Source: Takakia lepidozioides (Eukaryota; Plantae; Bryophyta). Taken from it: DNA of 64,000 nucleotides. The notes below the pieces were generated by a model. The model saw only the letters and a program-made list of their open reading frames with translations. It did not search any database and was not told the DNA's origin. Below are positions 1-11,750 of this stretch, piece by piece (positions within the stretch are counted from its first letter, which is position 1; each line of letters starts with the position of its first letter). The position numbers and the translations under genes were made by a program. The stretch is from positions 22,382,001 through 22,446,000 of the forward strand of contig CM060734.1 in assembly GCA_030704615.1 (NCBI GenBank), written 5' to 3'.

Positions 1-1942
1 CAGCCTGTTCAGGAAGAGGGTGAGGAAGAGGACTCCGATGGAGACTTTGCAACCAGCCCACCCCCCCAAACGCAGGCTGCCTCCCCTGTGCCCACCGTTG
101 TCACGAGAGGCACGAGAACTGGCTCGGCAAAGAAGGCACTCTTCAACCCCCCAGGGGGGCACCCTTTCGAGCCGGTGGAAATGAAGAGGCCGAAAGTGGC
201 TCCCGAAACAGTAGTCCAGTGTGTAAATGAGAGTTTCTTGGCGGCTTTGGATGGACGGGCAGCCAAGTTGGCATACATGAAGACCATGGAGGGTCTGAAG
301 GGCAGAGCACTGAAGAAGGCGACTGCCGAAGAGCCTTCCGACACCCCAGGATTTCAGAATATGGTCTCGTTCTTTGAGAGGGTGTGTGCAGACAAGGATT
401 GTAGGAGGGGCGGAAATGCCACCGAGTGGTCTTGCGATATGATCATCTTGGATATTCCGGACGGAGAGCCTGTGGAAGGACTGCAAGCTTTGCCATCTTG
501 GAACAGGTACTCGGAGGACTTTTGGAAGAAAGGATTCGGGCTTGCCCGCATGGTGTTGGACGACAGAGGCTGTGTGGTTGTCCTGGCGAGCAGAGGAAAA
601 AACACTCAGACAGGAATTGCGAAGTGGACCCGCAAGAGCGCCGTCCCGATTCTGAAAAAGAAGTGGACGTGCATCAACACACTGGGCCTTCGGTCGGAAG
701 GGAAGAAGGTGATTACGACACTGGCACTCGTCCATTCATTTGCTTGGGTGTTTTCAAATGCGGTGCCGCATTCGGTTTCTAATCGTTTTCCCCCTGTGTA
801 TGCAGACGAAGCAGTTCGATGCATACTGCTTTGTGAAGGAGAACTCCACCTTTGCTTTCCGGAAGGAGGGAGGAAAGGTTGACCCGAACTGCGACCCACT
901 CGATTACGACGTTCTGTTCAACAACGTTCCCAAGGAACTTCTCCCTCATAGCCTCACTTCAACGGAACCCCTGCGGTACTCACGGACTCGGAGCCCTGCC
1001 TTCATTCAGACAATTATGGAGACATGCACAGACGTGGAGGGCACAGTGCTCGACCTCATCTGTGGGACAGGTATGCAGAATCTTGATCTATGCTGTTCTG
1101 CAAATTCTCGTTAGGATGTAGTTCGCAACATCTGAAGCGCCATGTGGTAATGTGTGGATGGCATTGTAACAGGTGCCTCAATGTGGGCTGGGCGGTTTTC
1201 CGACCGGCACCTCTTTGCCTACGAGGAGGATTCATCCGTGTGGGGATCCCATCTGGAAGGGCTGCAACGGAATGTTAAGGCTCCCGACAGAGCGGAAGTC
1301 TCCTCGGATTCGTCGGAGTCCGAGGAAGACACAGTGGACATTGATGCGGAGGAGAACCCGGAATACGAGTGAGTGCAAACATTGTAAGTTTGCAAAGCCT
1401 TCTGGGTCATTTATGTCAAACGAATTTCCCGACTGTGGTTCTCATTAGTCTCGTTGATGATTGTCATGTGCAGGATTGCAGGGTCCGGGTCGAAACATGT
1501 AGGGCCTACACTTCCTGCCAGGAAGAATGTCCCGTTCTTTGCGAGGGCCGACTTCATGACGAGCCCGGTGAGGGACTACTCCCTTCCTAGTTATGCAGCT
1601 AAACTCGCAAATACAGCGATTAGAAGAAGTGAGAATCCCAGTAAAGTAGAGCAGATTTTGGAGAGGGCTAGGGAGGACAGAAGGATAAGGAAAGAGTTGG
1701 CAGCAGCTCAGACAGGTAGACGGGTACGAAAGTACATATGTGATTCAGCGGATGAGAGCGACGCAGACAGGGAGGAAGACGACCCAACGGAGGTGAGATG
1801 GACAGTTCCGCAAGGGGAAGATGGGATTTTCGAAAGCCTGGCCAACGAGCAGTCCGCTGGAGATGAGAAAGGCACTGAGGGGGTGGAGGCGGAGCAGGAC
1901 AGTCTAGAACAGGATGAGGATTCGGATGATTTTCAAGATTAA
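1..1942 (+). CDS. Intron-containing gene (5' end outside window) with a beta-class N6-adenine/N4-cytosine DNA methyltransferase-like fold; exons <1-708, 806-1070, 1173-1368, 1474-1942
   Basis: Three GT-AG introns join the ORFs with matching phases (0, 1, 2). The spliced protein has DMIILDIPD (motif IV position), ARMVLDDRGCVVVL, and RSPAFIQTIMETCTDVEGTVLDLICGTGASMWAGRFSDRHLFAYEED (motifs X-I-II), in beta-class order. Confidence 0.65.
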
Positions 1943-2079
1943 TAGAATTTTAATGAAGTCTCTGTAAATGTAAATTCTCTTCCAGAGTATATAAAGGAAA
2001 TTCTGCCAGACATTCGTGACCCCTCTCCAGTGTGCATTCCAGCCACACAATCGCTCAAACCACGACGCTCCCAAAATCA

Positions 2080-2785
2080 GAAATGGGGCACCGCATTTCC
2101 AAAATTTTGGCAACTCTAAGAACCTCTTTTGGAAATGCGGCACCGCATTTCCAAAACAGGGGAGGGACTAAATTTTCCATTTCAATGTTGGCATAGTAAA
2201 AAGTAATCGGCCGATTGGAAATGCGGTGCCGCATTTCCAAAATTTCCTTTGTCCACACGCCAGTTTTGGCCTCTCCCGCTCATTGCATGGATGCCACCAC
2301 GCTTACAGAGGTCGAACAAGGAGGTCGAACAAGGAGGTCGAGATGGCGGAATTGAAAATGCGGTGCCGCATTTCCATATTGGGGATGGTCGTTGTTCGAA
2401 CTGCAGGCCCATCACCAAAAATTGGCACCGCATTCCATTGTAAAAAAAAAGTCGATGACGGACATGGAAATGTGGCGCCGCATTTCCAGAACGGACATCG
2501 CAATTTGTCCATTTGCAGACCCTCTCACGGAAATGCGGTAACGCATTCCATCGCGCTGGTCGGAAATGTCACACTTTTCGAAGTGTTGGACGGAAATGCG
2601 GCACCGCATTCCCTTGTCCAAAAAGAAGTTTCCATTGCCAAGCTGGAAATGCGTCGCCACATTTGCAATGCCAACCTCGTTGTCTGTCCAATTTATAGAC
2701 CCTGTGTTGGTATTTCGTGTACCTGGACGGAAATGATGCACCGCATTTCCTTGTCCCACATGGAAATGCGGTGCCGCATTTCAAT
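2080..2785. repeat. Dispersed array of about 12 palindromic motifs, consensus GGAAATGCGG(CA/TG)CCGCATTTCC
   Basis: Copies near 2081, 2131, 2217, 2355, 2418, 2466, 2529, 2562, 2592, 2645, 2729 and 2762 with variable spacers; outlying copies at about 756 (intron) and 3900. Confidence 0.9.
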
Positions 2786-3039
2786 GTCCGACATGGCGTT
2801 ACTCTGGTATATTCTTGACACATGACTCACATACCGGTTACTCTGCTATATTCATCCGGACAGACACATTGTAGAAATGAGACATCAAATTGTAAACAGT
2901 GGGCCAATTCCGACAGTTATTCAACAGCATGAAACACAATCATACAGAAGTGAGGTACGATGGGTTTATTGATCGGACACGATGTCTCACATTTACCAAC
3001 TGCAGACAAAACTAAGCCCTTCCTCCTTCTACATGGGCT

Positions 3040-3741
3040 TCACCAAGTCGACGGAACTTCGATACCCCTCAAAACAAGCTCATCACTGCTGCGGCACCTC
3101 GAGGTAAACTGCAATTCGGTCGTTCTGCTGCCCTTGCTGGAGCCGACGACAATGTCATGTCCATCAATGATACCACCATCATACATTGACAAGGTCACTG
3201 TGGGCCTCATGTGCCCGTGCGATTCGTCTTCGCAACTCAGCCGAATGTCTCCATACACTGGAAGAGCGGAGTGATCTGCACGTATATAGTTTTCCCCGGT
3301 GCCGTCCTCCCTGGTCCACTGGCAGCAGTTCCAGCGCCAAAGCGAGGCCGTGCGTGATCTGTCCGGCATCCCTTTCCAGCTTGGTATATCGAGGTCAACA
3401 ATTTTCAGGACCCACGGACCGCATTGACCCTCGCCCTCACCTCGCTCAAAGCGGTAATAGCCCTCCAGATACTCCATTGCGCGCAAAGACTCTTGCTTGA
3501 TTCCAGCAGCGTCTGTGAAAACAGAGAGCCAGACAATGATGTCTCCTGATTCTGGTTTGAACATAGCATAATCGTGGCCATGATAAGGGCAGTCGGCTGG
3601 ATTTTGGCGGCACGGCATCCTTGAAAAAGAGTAGCGGAGTACGCTCAATGACAGCAGCTCCCGGATAGAGGAGGAGCAGCGCGGTGGCTGGAAAAAGTTC
3701 AAGCTAATGCTGCAATTCCTCACAAACACTCCAGGGCACAT
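3040..3741 (-). CDS. Hypothetical protein, paralog of the 4003-4398 ORF
   Basis: 233-aa ORF; SFSRMPC..ADCPYHGHDYAM..SGDIIVW..EYLEGYYRFERG..PWVL aligns by eye with the opposite-strand ORF at 4003. Confidence 0.5.
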   Translation of the reverse strand: MCPGVFVRNCSISLNFFQPPRCSSSIRELLSLSVLRYSFSRMPCRQNPADCPYHGHDYAMFKPESGDIIVWLSVFTDAAGIKQESLRAMEYLEGYYRFERGEGEGQCGPWVLKIVDLDIPSWKGMPDRSRTASLWRWNCCQWTREDGTGENYIRADHSALPVYGDIRLSCEDESHGHMRPTVTLSMYDGGIIDGHDIVVGSSKGSRTTELQFTSRCRSSDELVLRGIEVPSTW

Positions 3742-4002
3742 TTAAATTTCCCCCCTACAGGATCCTGGACCGATGAAGATTGGCTGCTTCATGAATGTAG
3801 CCGTTTCAGTTTCCTACCCTGCCATGCAAACTATGGGCACTCACTGCCAGGTGGGCCGATAGCCACTGGACACGACGAAGTCCATCCCCTCTTCGATGTA
3901 AATGCGGCGCCAAATTTCCATCCGGGGGGATGGACTTCGGTGGCAGATCTCAAACTATAACTTCTTGATGAGAAAGATGTATGGGTTCATCCACCTCCGT
4001 CG

Positions 4003-4398
4003 GTGGGTACGTGGGACCCAGATGCTCCATTATTGGAGGCCGGACTGCTCTTCCACTTCGCATCATTTCCAAAATCTAAGGGCTTCGTAGCTGTCCGCAA
4101 GGTCATTGTCATCTGCATCCAAGTCGTCCTCAGGTCCTCCTTTGCAAGGATGCCGTGCTTCCGGAACCGGGACGACTGCCCATTTGGAGGCATCGATTAT
4201 GCAATGTATTCGGCCACATCGGGAGACATTGTTATCTGGTACACAGATTACACAGAAGATACTGGTTCGATTGTGGAAACATTGGTGGCTTTTGAGTATA
4301 TCGTAGGCCACTACGCCTTCGAGCGGGGTGACGATCTTGGTCTGAGGAGTCCGTGGCTCCTGCGCTCTACCGGGCCCGCAAACGCCTTGAAGTCATGA
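4003..4398 (+). pseudogene. Truncated paralog of the 3040-3741 ORF
   Basis: SFARMPC..DDCPFGGIDYAM..SGDIVIW..EYIVGHYAFERG..PWLL; similarity stops at about 4370. Confidence 0.45.
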
Positions 4399-5614
4399 AC
4401 ATCCCACTTGGCAAGGTCCTCTACTCTCCGATCACAGCCTACACCAAGCGCGGGAGTAAAATGTGGAACGACTTTCTCAAGGTGGAGCTACTGCACCCAG
4501 CCACGGATGGCATCGCACTTCTCCAAGGCAACCGCGCATTTGTCATGACCATGGAGTCCGGGGAGCAGATGCAAGGTAAAATCGAAAAGGCATATGACCT
4601 TCCCGCCTCACCTGACCACCTCTCTCTCTATTTGGCCAGTGATATCCTACTTGGCAAAATAGCCAGCAAGCTAACCATGCATTTCATCATGGAAACGCAC
4701 CAACATGGAGACGAATTCGAAATCGTACAGGTTCAGAAGACAGGCCCAACATCAAAGTTTTGTTTCATCTATCTTGCTGCCGCAGACTCCAAACAATGCA
4801 TGTTAGAACAAGGGGTGCGAATTGAGCATACGTTGATCAAACCACAACTACGAACATGACGCTCCAGTATGACTGGTATCACTGCAACACCACGAGAGGC
4901 CATTGCGGAGCGCGATGCCCTCACTTTGGTGGCAAAAAATCTCAACCCACTTCATTCACAATCGGCCACGGAAGATGCCCTCTATGGCATCTTTGGCAAA
5001 GACAACGCTGAGCACATTCATTTCAACTCAATTGACAGGATGGAGAAAATTCGGCACACAGGGATGGCTCTAATCACTTGCAAGAACCCTAGTGTATATG
5101 CCCAATGGTGCAACCGTCCGCCAGACCTAGTTATCAACAGATTCATCAAATTCGAGCCTCACACGAATAGCCTTAATGGGGCTACCCCACTAGCAGCCGA
5201 GATTCTGGAACACTGAGAGTTGCTAACATCAACCAAGCACTGGCCGACACTGTCAACTCCCTCACCATCAAATCAACATCGACTTCCAAGCATGGGCACG
5301 AATTCCTAATGTCGGAGATTGACAAGAAACTGGCTACGCACGCCATCTCTATCAAAACCGAATTCAAGGGTGATCTGGCGAGCATGGAGAACAGGGTCGC
5401 CCTCACCATGGCAACCCAGCACGAAGCTCACCACAATTACCTTGTGTCTCTCCAAGACTCCATCACCAAAAATCTTGGAGCTAATCTGGAAAACTTCTAC
5501 AACCACGCTAAGCTAGTATTGGACAAACTGCCTCCCCCCCAGGGGTGTCTACACACGTCTCCCACGGCACCATGGCGGATGTGCAGGGTAGAGGCCCCAG
5601 ACCCCTGGCTCTGA
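4353..5614 (+). pseudogene. Disrupted ORF1-like protein (RRM-like region plus helical/coiled-coil region), probably from a non-LTR retroelement
   Basis: Collinear ORFs 4353-4859, 4869-5216 and 5309-5614; LTLVAKNL...HTGMALITC...IKFEPH resembles RNP2/RNP1 of an RRM. Confidence 0.35.
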
Positions 5615-5963
5615 TCGAGCTCCTGCTCTCCACTCCCCCAGGCTTCTTATCCGGGCCAACCACCGTTGCCAAAGCGTCTCTCCATCCACTTCCTGACCGC
5701 TTCCTGACCCTGCGCCGCCCACGCACACCCACCACGCTCAGTTGACGAGCACTCTCACCATGCATGTTGTAGTGTGAAAAGAAAGGGCATAAATCCCCTT
5801 CTAGTTAACTCCTAAATTGTTCCTTACCCAAATATGGACAAATTAAAATCTGCCACGTAGGCAAAATGCCTCCAAACCTCGGTTATGGTGCCTGATTCCC
5901 AAGCTAGGTTATAGTATTTGATAGCTTGTTTTTTACTCTCTGGATTTCTTCTATTATATAGGC

Positions 5964-6145
5964 TTGGAAATAGTTGATATCCGTGGACTGCCTGTTGTTA
6001 GGGCTATGCCAGCAGAGGCAATTCAGAGAGGCAATGAGCTTTCTACAGATGCTGGAAATGAAGGGGAGAAGCCCAACCAGGTGACGTTCCTGTGTGTTTT
6101 GAATGCATGTGCGAACTTGGCAGCCCTGGGGAAAGGCAAGGAGAC
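5964..6145 (+). pseudogene. PPR protein fragment
   Basis: KPNQVTFLCVLNACANLAALGKGKE is a PLS-class PPR motif; frameshifted and isolated. Confidence 0.6.
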
Positions 6146-8118
6146 CAGAGATTGGGTACCCTCATCCACGCCGCAGCGGAAGAGAAGACATGGACAGGGG
6201 TTGAGAAGTTTCTCTAATTTATAACTTGGCTCAATTATAAACAGGGTATTGCATATGCCAGGGTTCTGTTTCCTAAATGTTTCAACACATACATTATCAC
6301 AAAATCAGGTTAGCCAGCACCCATGAAGGGCAATCACTTGATAATACTGGCAGGCCAGTTCCATGAAGTACACATCAAGTTTTGTGGTCACTGGTTCAAC
6401 TATAACCAGCTCCGGGTTTTCCACACACATAACCTCACTTTGATGATCCACCATTCCTCTTTCAAGATCTCTTTTCCCCATCCCTTTGCATCAAGGATGT
6501 ATGACACTTTCAACCCTCTCAATCCCTTCTTGTAGATACAAATGGGCTACCAATAATCACCCTCAAATGATCTTCTCTGTTGCAGGCCTCAGCCCCTACA
6601 TGCTTCTAAGTATATCATGCAATCAGCAGCCAACAGGTTTACTTCCACCTGATTCATTCTCTCTGAAAATTCTACTGCCTAACCTAATTATATGCATGCT
6701 GCCCTCATTGTAAGTCATGGGCACTTCTTCTTTACTCTCCCTCATTCACGTCCTCCCAATACAGGAGACATCCTATGTTACGAACTGACATTCCAACTTC
6801 TTGCAGCACTCCACATAACTTCCATCCTGCCTCACTTTCTCTCTACCACCAGGACTGGTATGAATTCTAGAAGTCTCCATTCCATTTTCCAAAGCCTTTT
6901 TTCCCCAAGGTCATCTCTAGCAAAACATCCCTACTCCTAAATTGTCACCAGTAGAAGAAGAAGATTTTCATTGCACTTAGCTCTCTTATACCCCCTCCAC
7001 TCCGGCGGTCGAGCTCCTTGATTGCTATGATTTATCCACATCCTCTGTCAGCCAGTCTTAATGCCTGCCGTGGCTGCCTTTGTTGGCGCATCCTCAGACA
7101 GGAGATATCAAGCCTTGGTTTATGATTCCGTCACCGCCCCACTTCTATCCTATTCTCTATCGAGCTATACATTACGCATCATCAATACCATGGCGGCACC
7201 GCAGCTGCTGCTCTTTCCCCGGCGCACCCCCAAACAGGATACATCAAGGCATGGCGCTCAGTTCTTCACCCCCCCCAACTATCCTATCCTCCAGCAAGCC
7301 AGGTCTCCTCAATTCATAACCCCTTCACGGCATTACTGGCAGTAGCACAGATTTCTATGCTGCCCCCCTCATCACTCCTTATCCTCTTACATAACTATTT
7401 CTAAATTGAGCTATGAGCTAAAATCAACAGTCAGCACACAGATCGTGTGCTCAGGTTGCCAGGCATGCCAGCACTTTCTCCTCGCAGCTTCGCCATCGTT
7501 CTTCTTCATACTTCGCCTCCCCGTCATCCTAGGGCATCAACAAATGATGTATGCTTCTACGAATGAAAAATACACAAGGTTCATTAGTCAAGAAAAAGTA
7601 CTTAAACATTTTCACTGGACAGATAATGCCCCCCCATGCATTCATACTGCAATTTTAATGGAGTGTGGCAAACCCCCCACACATTCACACTACATATGTA
7701 GTGTGTCTCCATTTATTAAGTATCAACGTCCTCGTGGATCATGTTGACAGGCATGCAAGAAGAGCTCTGTACAAACAGTTTGAGGGCCCTTCTGTTCCTT
7801 GTCCACAGTTTTCGTGCTCCATCCCTGAGCTTGCATCGTCGTCCAGCCTCTCCTGTTTAAGTGACAGCGTCCCGGCTGTCCATCTGTTCCGCCGGCCAGA
7901 GCAAATCCAATTTGTGACAATGCCTTCTTCCTCTTCTTGTAGTTCATGCCAGGCAGGTCCTGATCTCCTTCCAACTCTTTCATCTCGGAAATGCCCACAT
8001 CTGGTCCGACCAATGCAAAGGAACAAACCCTTCTTTTGATGTCAATTTGCATTGAATCGGGCAACTGGGCAGATATGGTCTCTTGAGTTGGATACTTGAA
8101 GGCCTCATGGAATTGAAT

Positions 8119-9276
8119 CTAGGTTGAATCTAGTCCTAGATCTACATTCCACACAAACCAGCGTTTCCCAATTTTGTTGTCGCTCCCTGGCTCCTTGTTT
8201 TGAATCTCAGCTACCACTTGTGCTCCCATCGACACTCGCACCTTTCGTACTGCCTCATTTCCTGCATGCAGGTTGTTCTCAACAGCAGGCTGCAATTTCG
8301 TTTGCATTGTTGGTGGCAAGTCATGGGCAACCATCTGGTCACCATGCCTTCCTTCTCCCTTTTCAACCAGCTTGCCCTCTTTAAGAGATTCAGGGCTGGT
8401 GTATGCCTTGCAAATAGAAGTGATCGTGACATGGGCAGGCTTCATAGCCTCCCACATCAACTGCCCATCCATCTCCTGAGCCTGAATTTCACAACCATGC
8501 TGGGCATATCCTGAAATCATTGCACTCCATGAGAGCAGATTGGGTGGCATACCTTCCTGCTCCATTTGTTCAAACAGTTGCGGGGCCTGTCCTTCAGAGC
8601 TATGCTGGGCATAACCTGCAATCATTACTCTCCATGACCCCACTTTTCTGTGAGACATATTGTCAAACACTTGTTGTGCACCCTTCATGCTCCCACATTT
8701 GGCATACCTGTCAACAATGGCAGTCTCCATAATGATAACTGGTGCAATACCAGATTTGATAATGTCAGCATGGACCTCTTCGCCTTTTACCAGGTCTGCC
8801 AGGCTCGCAAAGGCCTTGAGAATGCAAATGTGACCCTGTTGGGCATCACCCCTGCCTGATGCATCTGCTCATAGATCTTTAAAGTCTCCATCCCATGCCC
8901 ATGCTGGACATATCCTGCGATCATTACACTCCATGAAAACACATTTCTCTCAGCCATATTGTTGGCCACTTGTCGAGCATCCTTCATGTTCCCACTTTTG
9001 GCATACATGTCAACAAGGGCACTGGTTCAGATTGTCATTTGGTGCAATTCCAGCCCTTATGACGTCAACATGGACCTGCCTGCCCCTTGCAAAAGATGAA
9101 AGGCTGGTGCATGCCTTGAAAACTGAACCGAACCTGACCTGGCCGGGCTTTACACCTTCCCAGATCAATTGCTCATGTATCTGATCCAGAGCCTGCATTC
9201 CACAACCATGCTGGGCATTTCCTGCAATCATCACATTTGATGACCCCACATCTCGTTCAGCCGTATTGATGGACAC
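8119..9276 (-). pseudogene. PLS-class PPR protein pseudogene
   Basis: Repeated MYAKSGNMKDARQV, FSWSVMIAGYVQHG, YAKCGSMKGAQQVFDNM and FGSVFKAC motifs spread over three frames. Confidence 0.8.
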
Positions 9277-10849
9277 TTAGGGAATTCCAAAAAGGCCTTG
9301 ATGTGAAATTCATCGCAATGCCCAGTGCCCCAGGAGGGCTGAGGTCCTGGACATTAGCATTCTGTACTATCCTCGAACAAAGCGACGGGCGTGAGCGCCG
9401 TGCCGTAGGTGAGCTGCTGTTAGGACCCATAGTGGTGAGAAGGAACAAGAGGATGAAAGCTGAAAAGGATTGAGAACTACAGAGCTCGGTGGAGGTGGTA
9501 AGGTTTACAGAGAGGGTGGCGGTAAACAGGTCAGCCGACCAAGTTCAAGGTGGCAGGAAGAGAATATGTAGCGAGTTCATGGCGGCAGCTTAGTTGGATG
9601 TGGAGACAGTGGTTATGGAGCACCGTCAACCTGGAGCTCCAATTAAGTTAACCCCTAGACGACGACACGATGAACTCAGATGGATATTGAGTCAAGGATT
9701 TGCTCGTCGATACCAGACCAGCCTGGGTTGTCGTTTACCCATTCCAACGGTGGACCTTCCTCATTTTCTGGGGGTAGATGAATGTGGTAGTCAGGAATGT
9801 ATTTGTAAGGTTCAAATTTCTGGATGATTCAGGGGAGCAAGATAGAGCTAAAGATAGGCAGGTATGAACACTTTTGGGGGTGACCCACCAAAATAGGTCT
9901 CGTCCTTTAAGGGTTAAGGATTAAGATGAAGGCACGATGAAGATCCTAAACATCTGCTAGGGGTAAGGTGGAAAGGAGTGTATAGAACTTTGGGTAGTTG
10001 AGGGATCTGCAGGTAATAATTTTTTGCTTTGAATCTCTTGGGCTACCCTTCGAAGCTGTGTCTCTACCCATACACCTTTCTTGAAAGATTGTCCCACCCT
10101 GAATGATTCCAAGCCAACTTCCCGAAGAACCAAAGAACTATGTGAAGGGGTGGAGTATTGGAGGTGAACATTTGCATCTTTTCAATGGATGGATCATTGA
10201 TGCACATTGAAGTTATTTGTTGATAGGTCACGTCTGATGAAGTGGACAGCTGCTCAGTTGCTAAAGTACACTTTTAAGAGTCCATCTTGAGTACTGAACA
10301 TTCTTGAACGAGTTTTTCACACATTCTGTTTGTTATCTCACATGCTTCTTTGGCCTGTTGATTTTGCCAGACCATCCAGGAGCCAAAAGTAAGAAAGGCT
10401 CTAGATATTGTCGTGCTCAGATTACTTACTGGCTTAACATCACTGATCTAAGGACTGAGGAAGGGCGCACACTGCAGTTTTCTTGTTGACCACCAATGGT
10501 TTATCCTCTCGGGTTGCTCTCACACTGTGACATGTAGGAGGAAATTATGCAATCAAGCTGGCTAACTGATGACGAGAGTCATCTCTCTCCGTTTTTTTTC
10601 ATTTTGTCCCATAAGCTCTTTGAGCTTTCTACAGATGTTATAAAGTACCATTTCATTTCTCCTTGACCAAGTTTTGTCTTTGGTGATGCTTCCGAGGGAG
10701 TAGGGAGTGGAGGAACGTGAGGTTGGGCTTGAGGGGTGGAATGACATGGATGGTGCATATTGCCTACTGATACAGTGGTGGCGACCAGCAAAGGCTTTGC
10801 AAATCAGTCATTGTGAAGAGCATAGCTATGGGTGACTCTCTCATGGTAG

Positions 10850-11750
10850 ATGCTGACGCTGAGAATCCTCTTCACTTTGGAGTTCGAGTAATTAGCCAAA
10901 ACAAAGGATTTCTTCATAAGAAAATTGACGTGTCATGGTTTTAGTCATGGTTAACTAGAATTACCTACTTCTAGTTAATTATGATATTTTGGATATTTAT
11001 ATTTGTATTTTGTGTGTGGGGACTTCATTTGGTCTCACATGCCAAGTGAGGTGTCAAGCCACACTTGGGACATGGGGATGGGTTTTCTCTTTGTGAGGGT
11101 TGAGAAGGCTCATCTTCTTGTAGTGATAAGAGATGAGAGTTGAGGGAAGTGGAAGACAATGGAAACTCTCCAAGCATGAAGCAATCACATTAAGAACAAG
11201 CCCTAGTCCTTCCAAGTGAAATGCACTCTATCACATAGACTAAGTCAAGCCAATGGCACCTTTACTAAAGGAATCCAACCTACAAAGCCCTCAACACACT
11301 CCCTCTCAATACCTAGAGCTTATGGAGGCATTGTGGCATAGCTTTCAGCTAGGATTGTGTGCTTAGAATGTGTATGGACAACGATGTATGTTATGGCACG
11401 ATGCTTAGGTGCACGACAGATGAGATGCAATCCCACCAGAATTGAGGCTGTCAAATGCATATGAAAATGAACTTTAAATTACAATAAATTACAAGTCATC
11501 AAAGGGAAGAGTTGTGGCCTGTCAATTGCATTCATTCCATTTCCCAGAGAAGTTCTTTACAATCCTGCTGTAAGATAATTCCTCTCAGATCAGGTTCTTC
11601 TTCCTGTAGTGTGTAAAAGCATTCATCCACTACTCCGGTCAATCTTGAGACTGAACTGTGTAACGTCTGTGTAACCAAACGCGATTGTGGCACCATCCTC
11701 AAGAAAGTTGGAGGCGTTGCCCATGATAGATGAGGTTGTGATTAGAAACT
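10850..11750. repeat. Dispersed repeat homologous to about 42615-42945, interrupted by the 10931-11418 insertion
   Basis: Shared blocks such as GCTGAGAATCCTC, GAGATGCAATCCCACCAGAATTGAGGCTGTCA and GATTGTGGCACCATCCTCAAGAAAGTTGGAG. Confidence 0.85.
10931..11418 (+). mobile_element. Solo terminal-repeat unit (A'-B') of a diverged relative of the permuted-LTR gypsy family
   Basis: Ends TGTCA...GCACGACA; flanked by GACG/GATG (4-bp TSD with one mismatch); empty site present in the paralogous repeat at about 42690; internal CA|TTGTG junction at 11330/11331; 3' end resembles repeat B. Confidence 0.7.

Noticed and set aside
2080-2785. CRISPR-like appearance of the palindrome array
   Set aside because: Spacers vary from about 10 to over 100 bp, repeats are degenerate, there are no cas genes, and the context is eukaryotic.
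6230-7700. Possible degraded retroelement coding sequence with weak protease-like words
   Set aside because: Too decayed; no motif I can support.
9280-10850. Possible minus-strand LINE remnant
   Set aside because: No diagnostic RT or endonuclease motif is readable.
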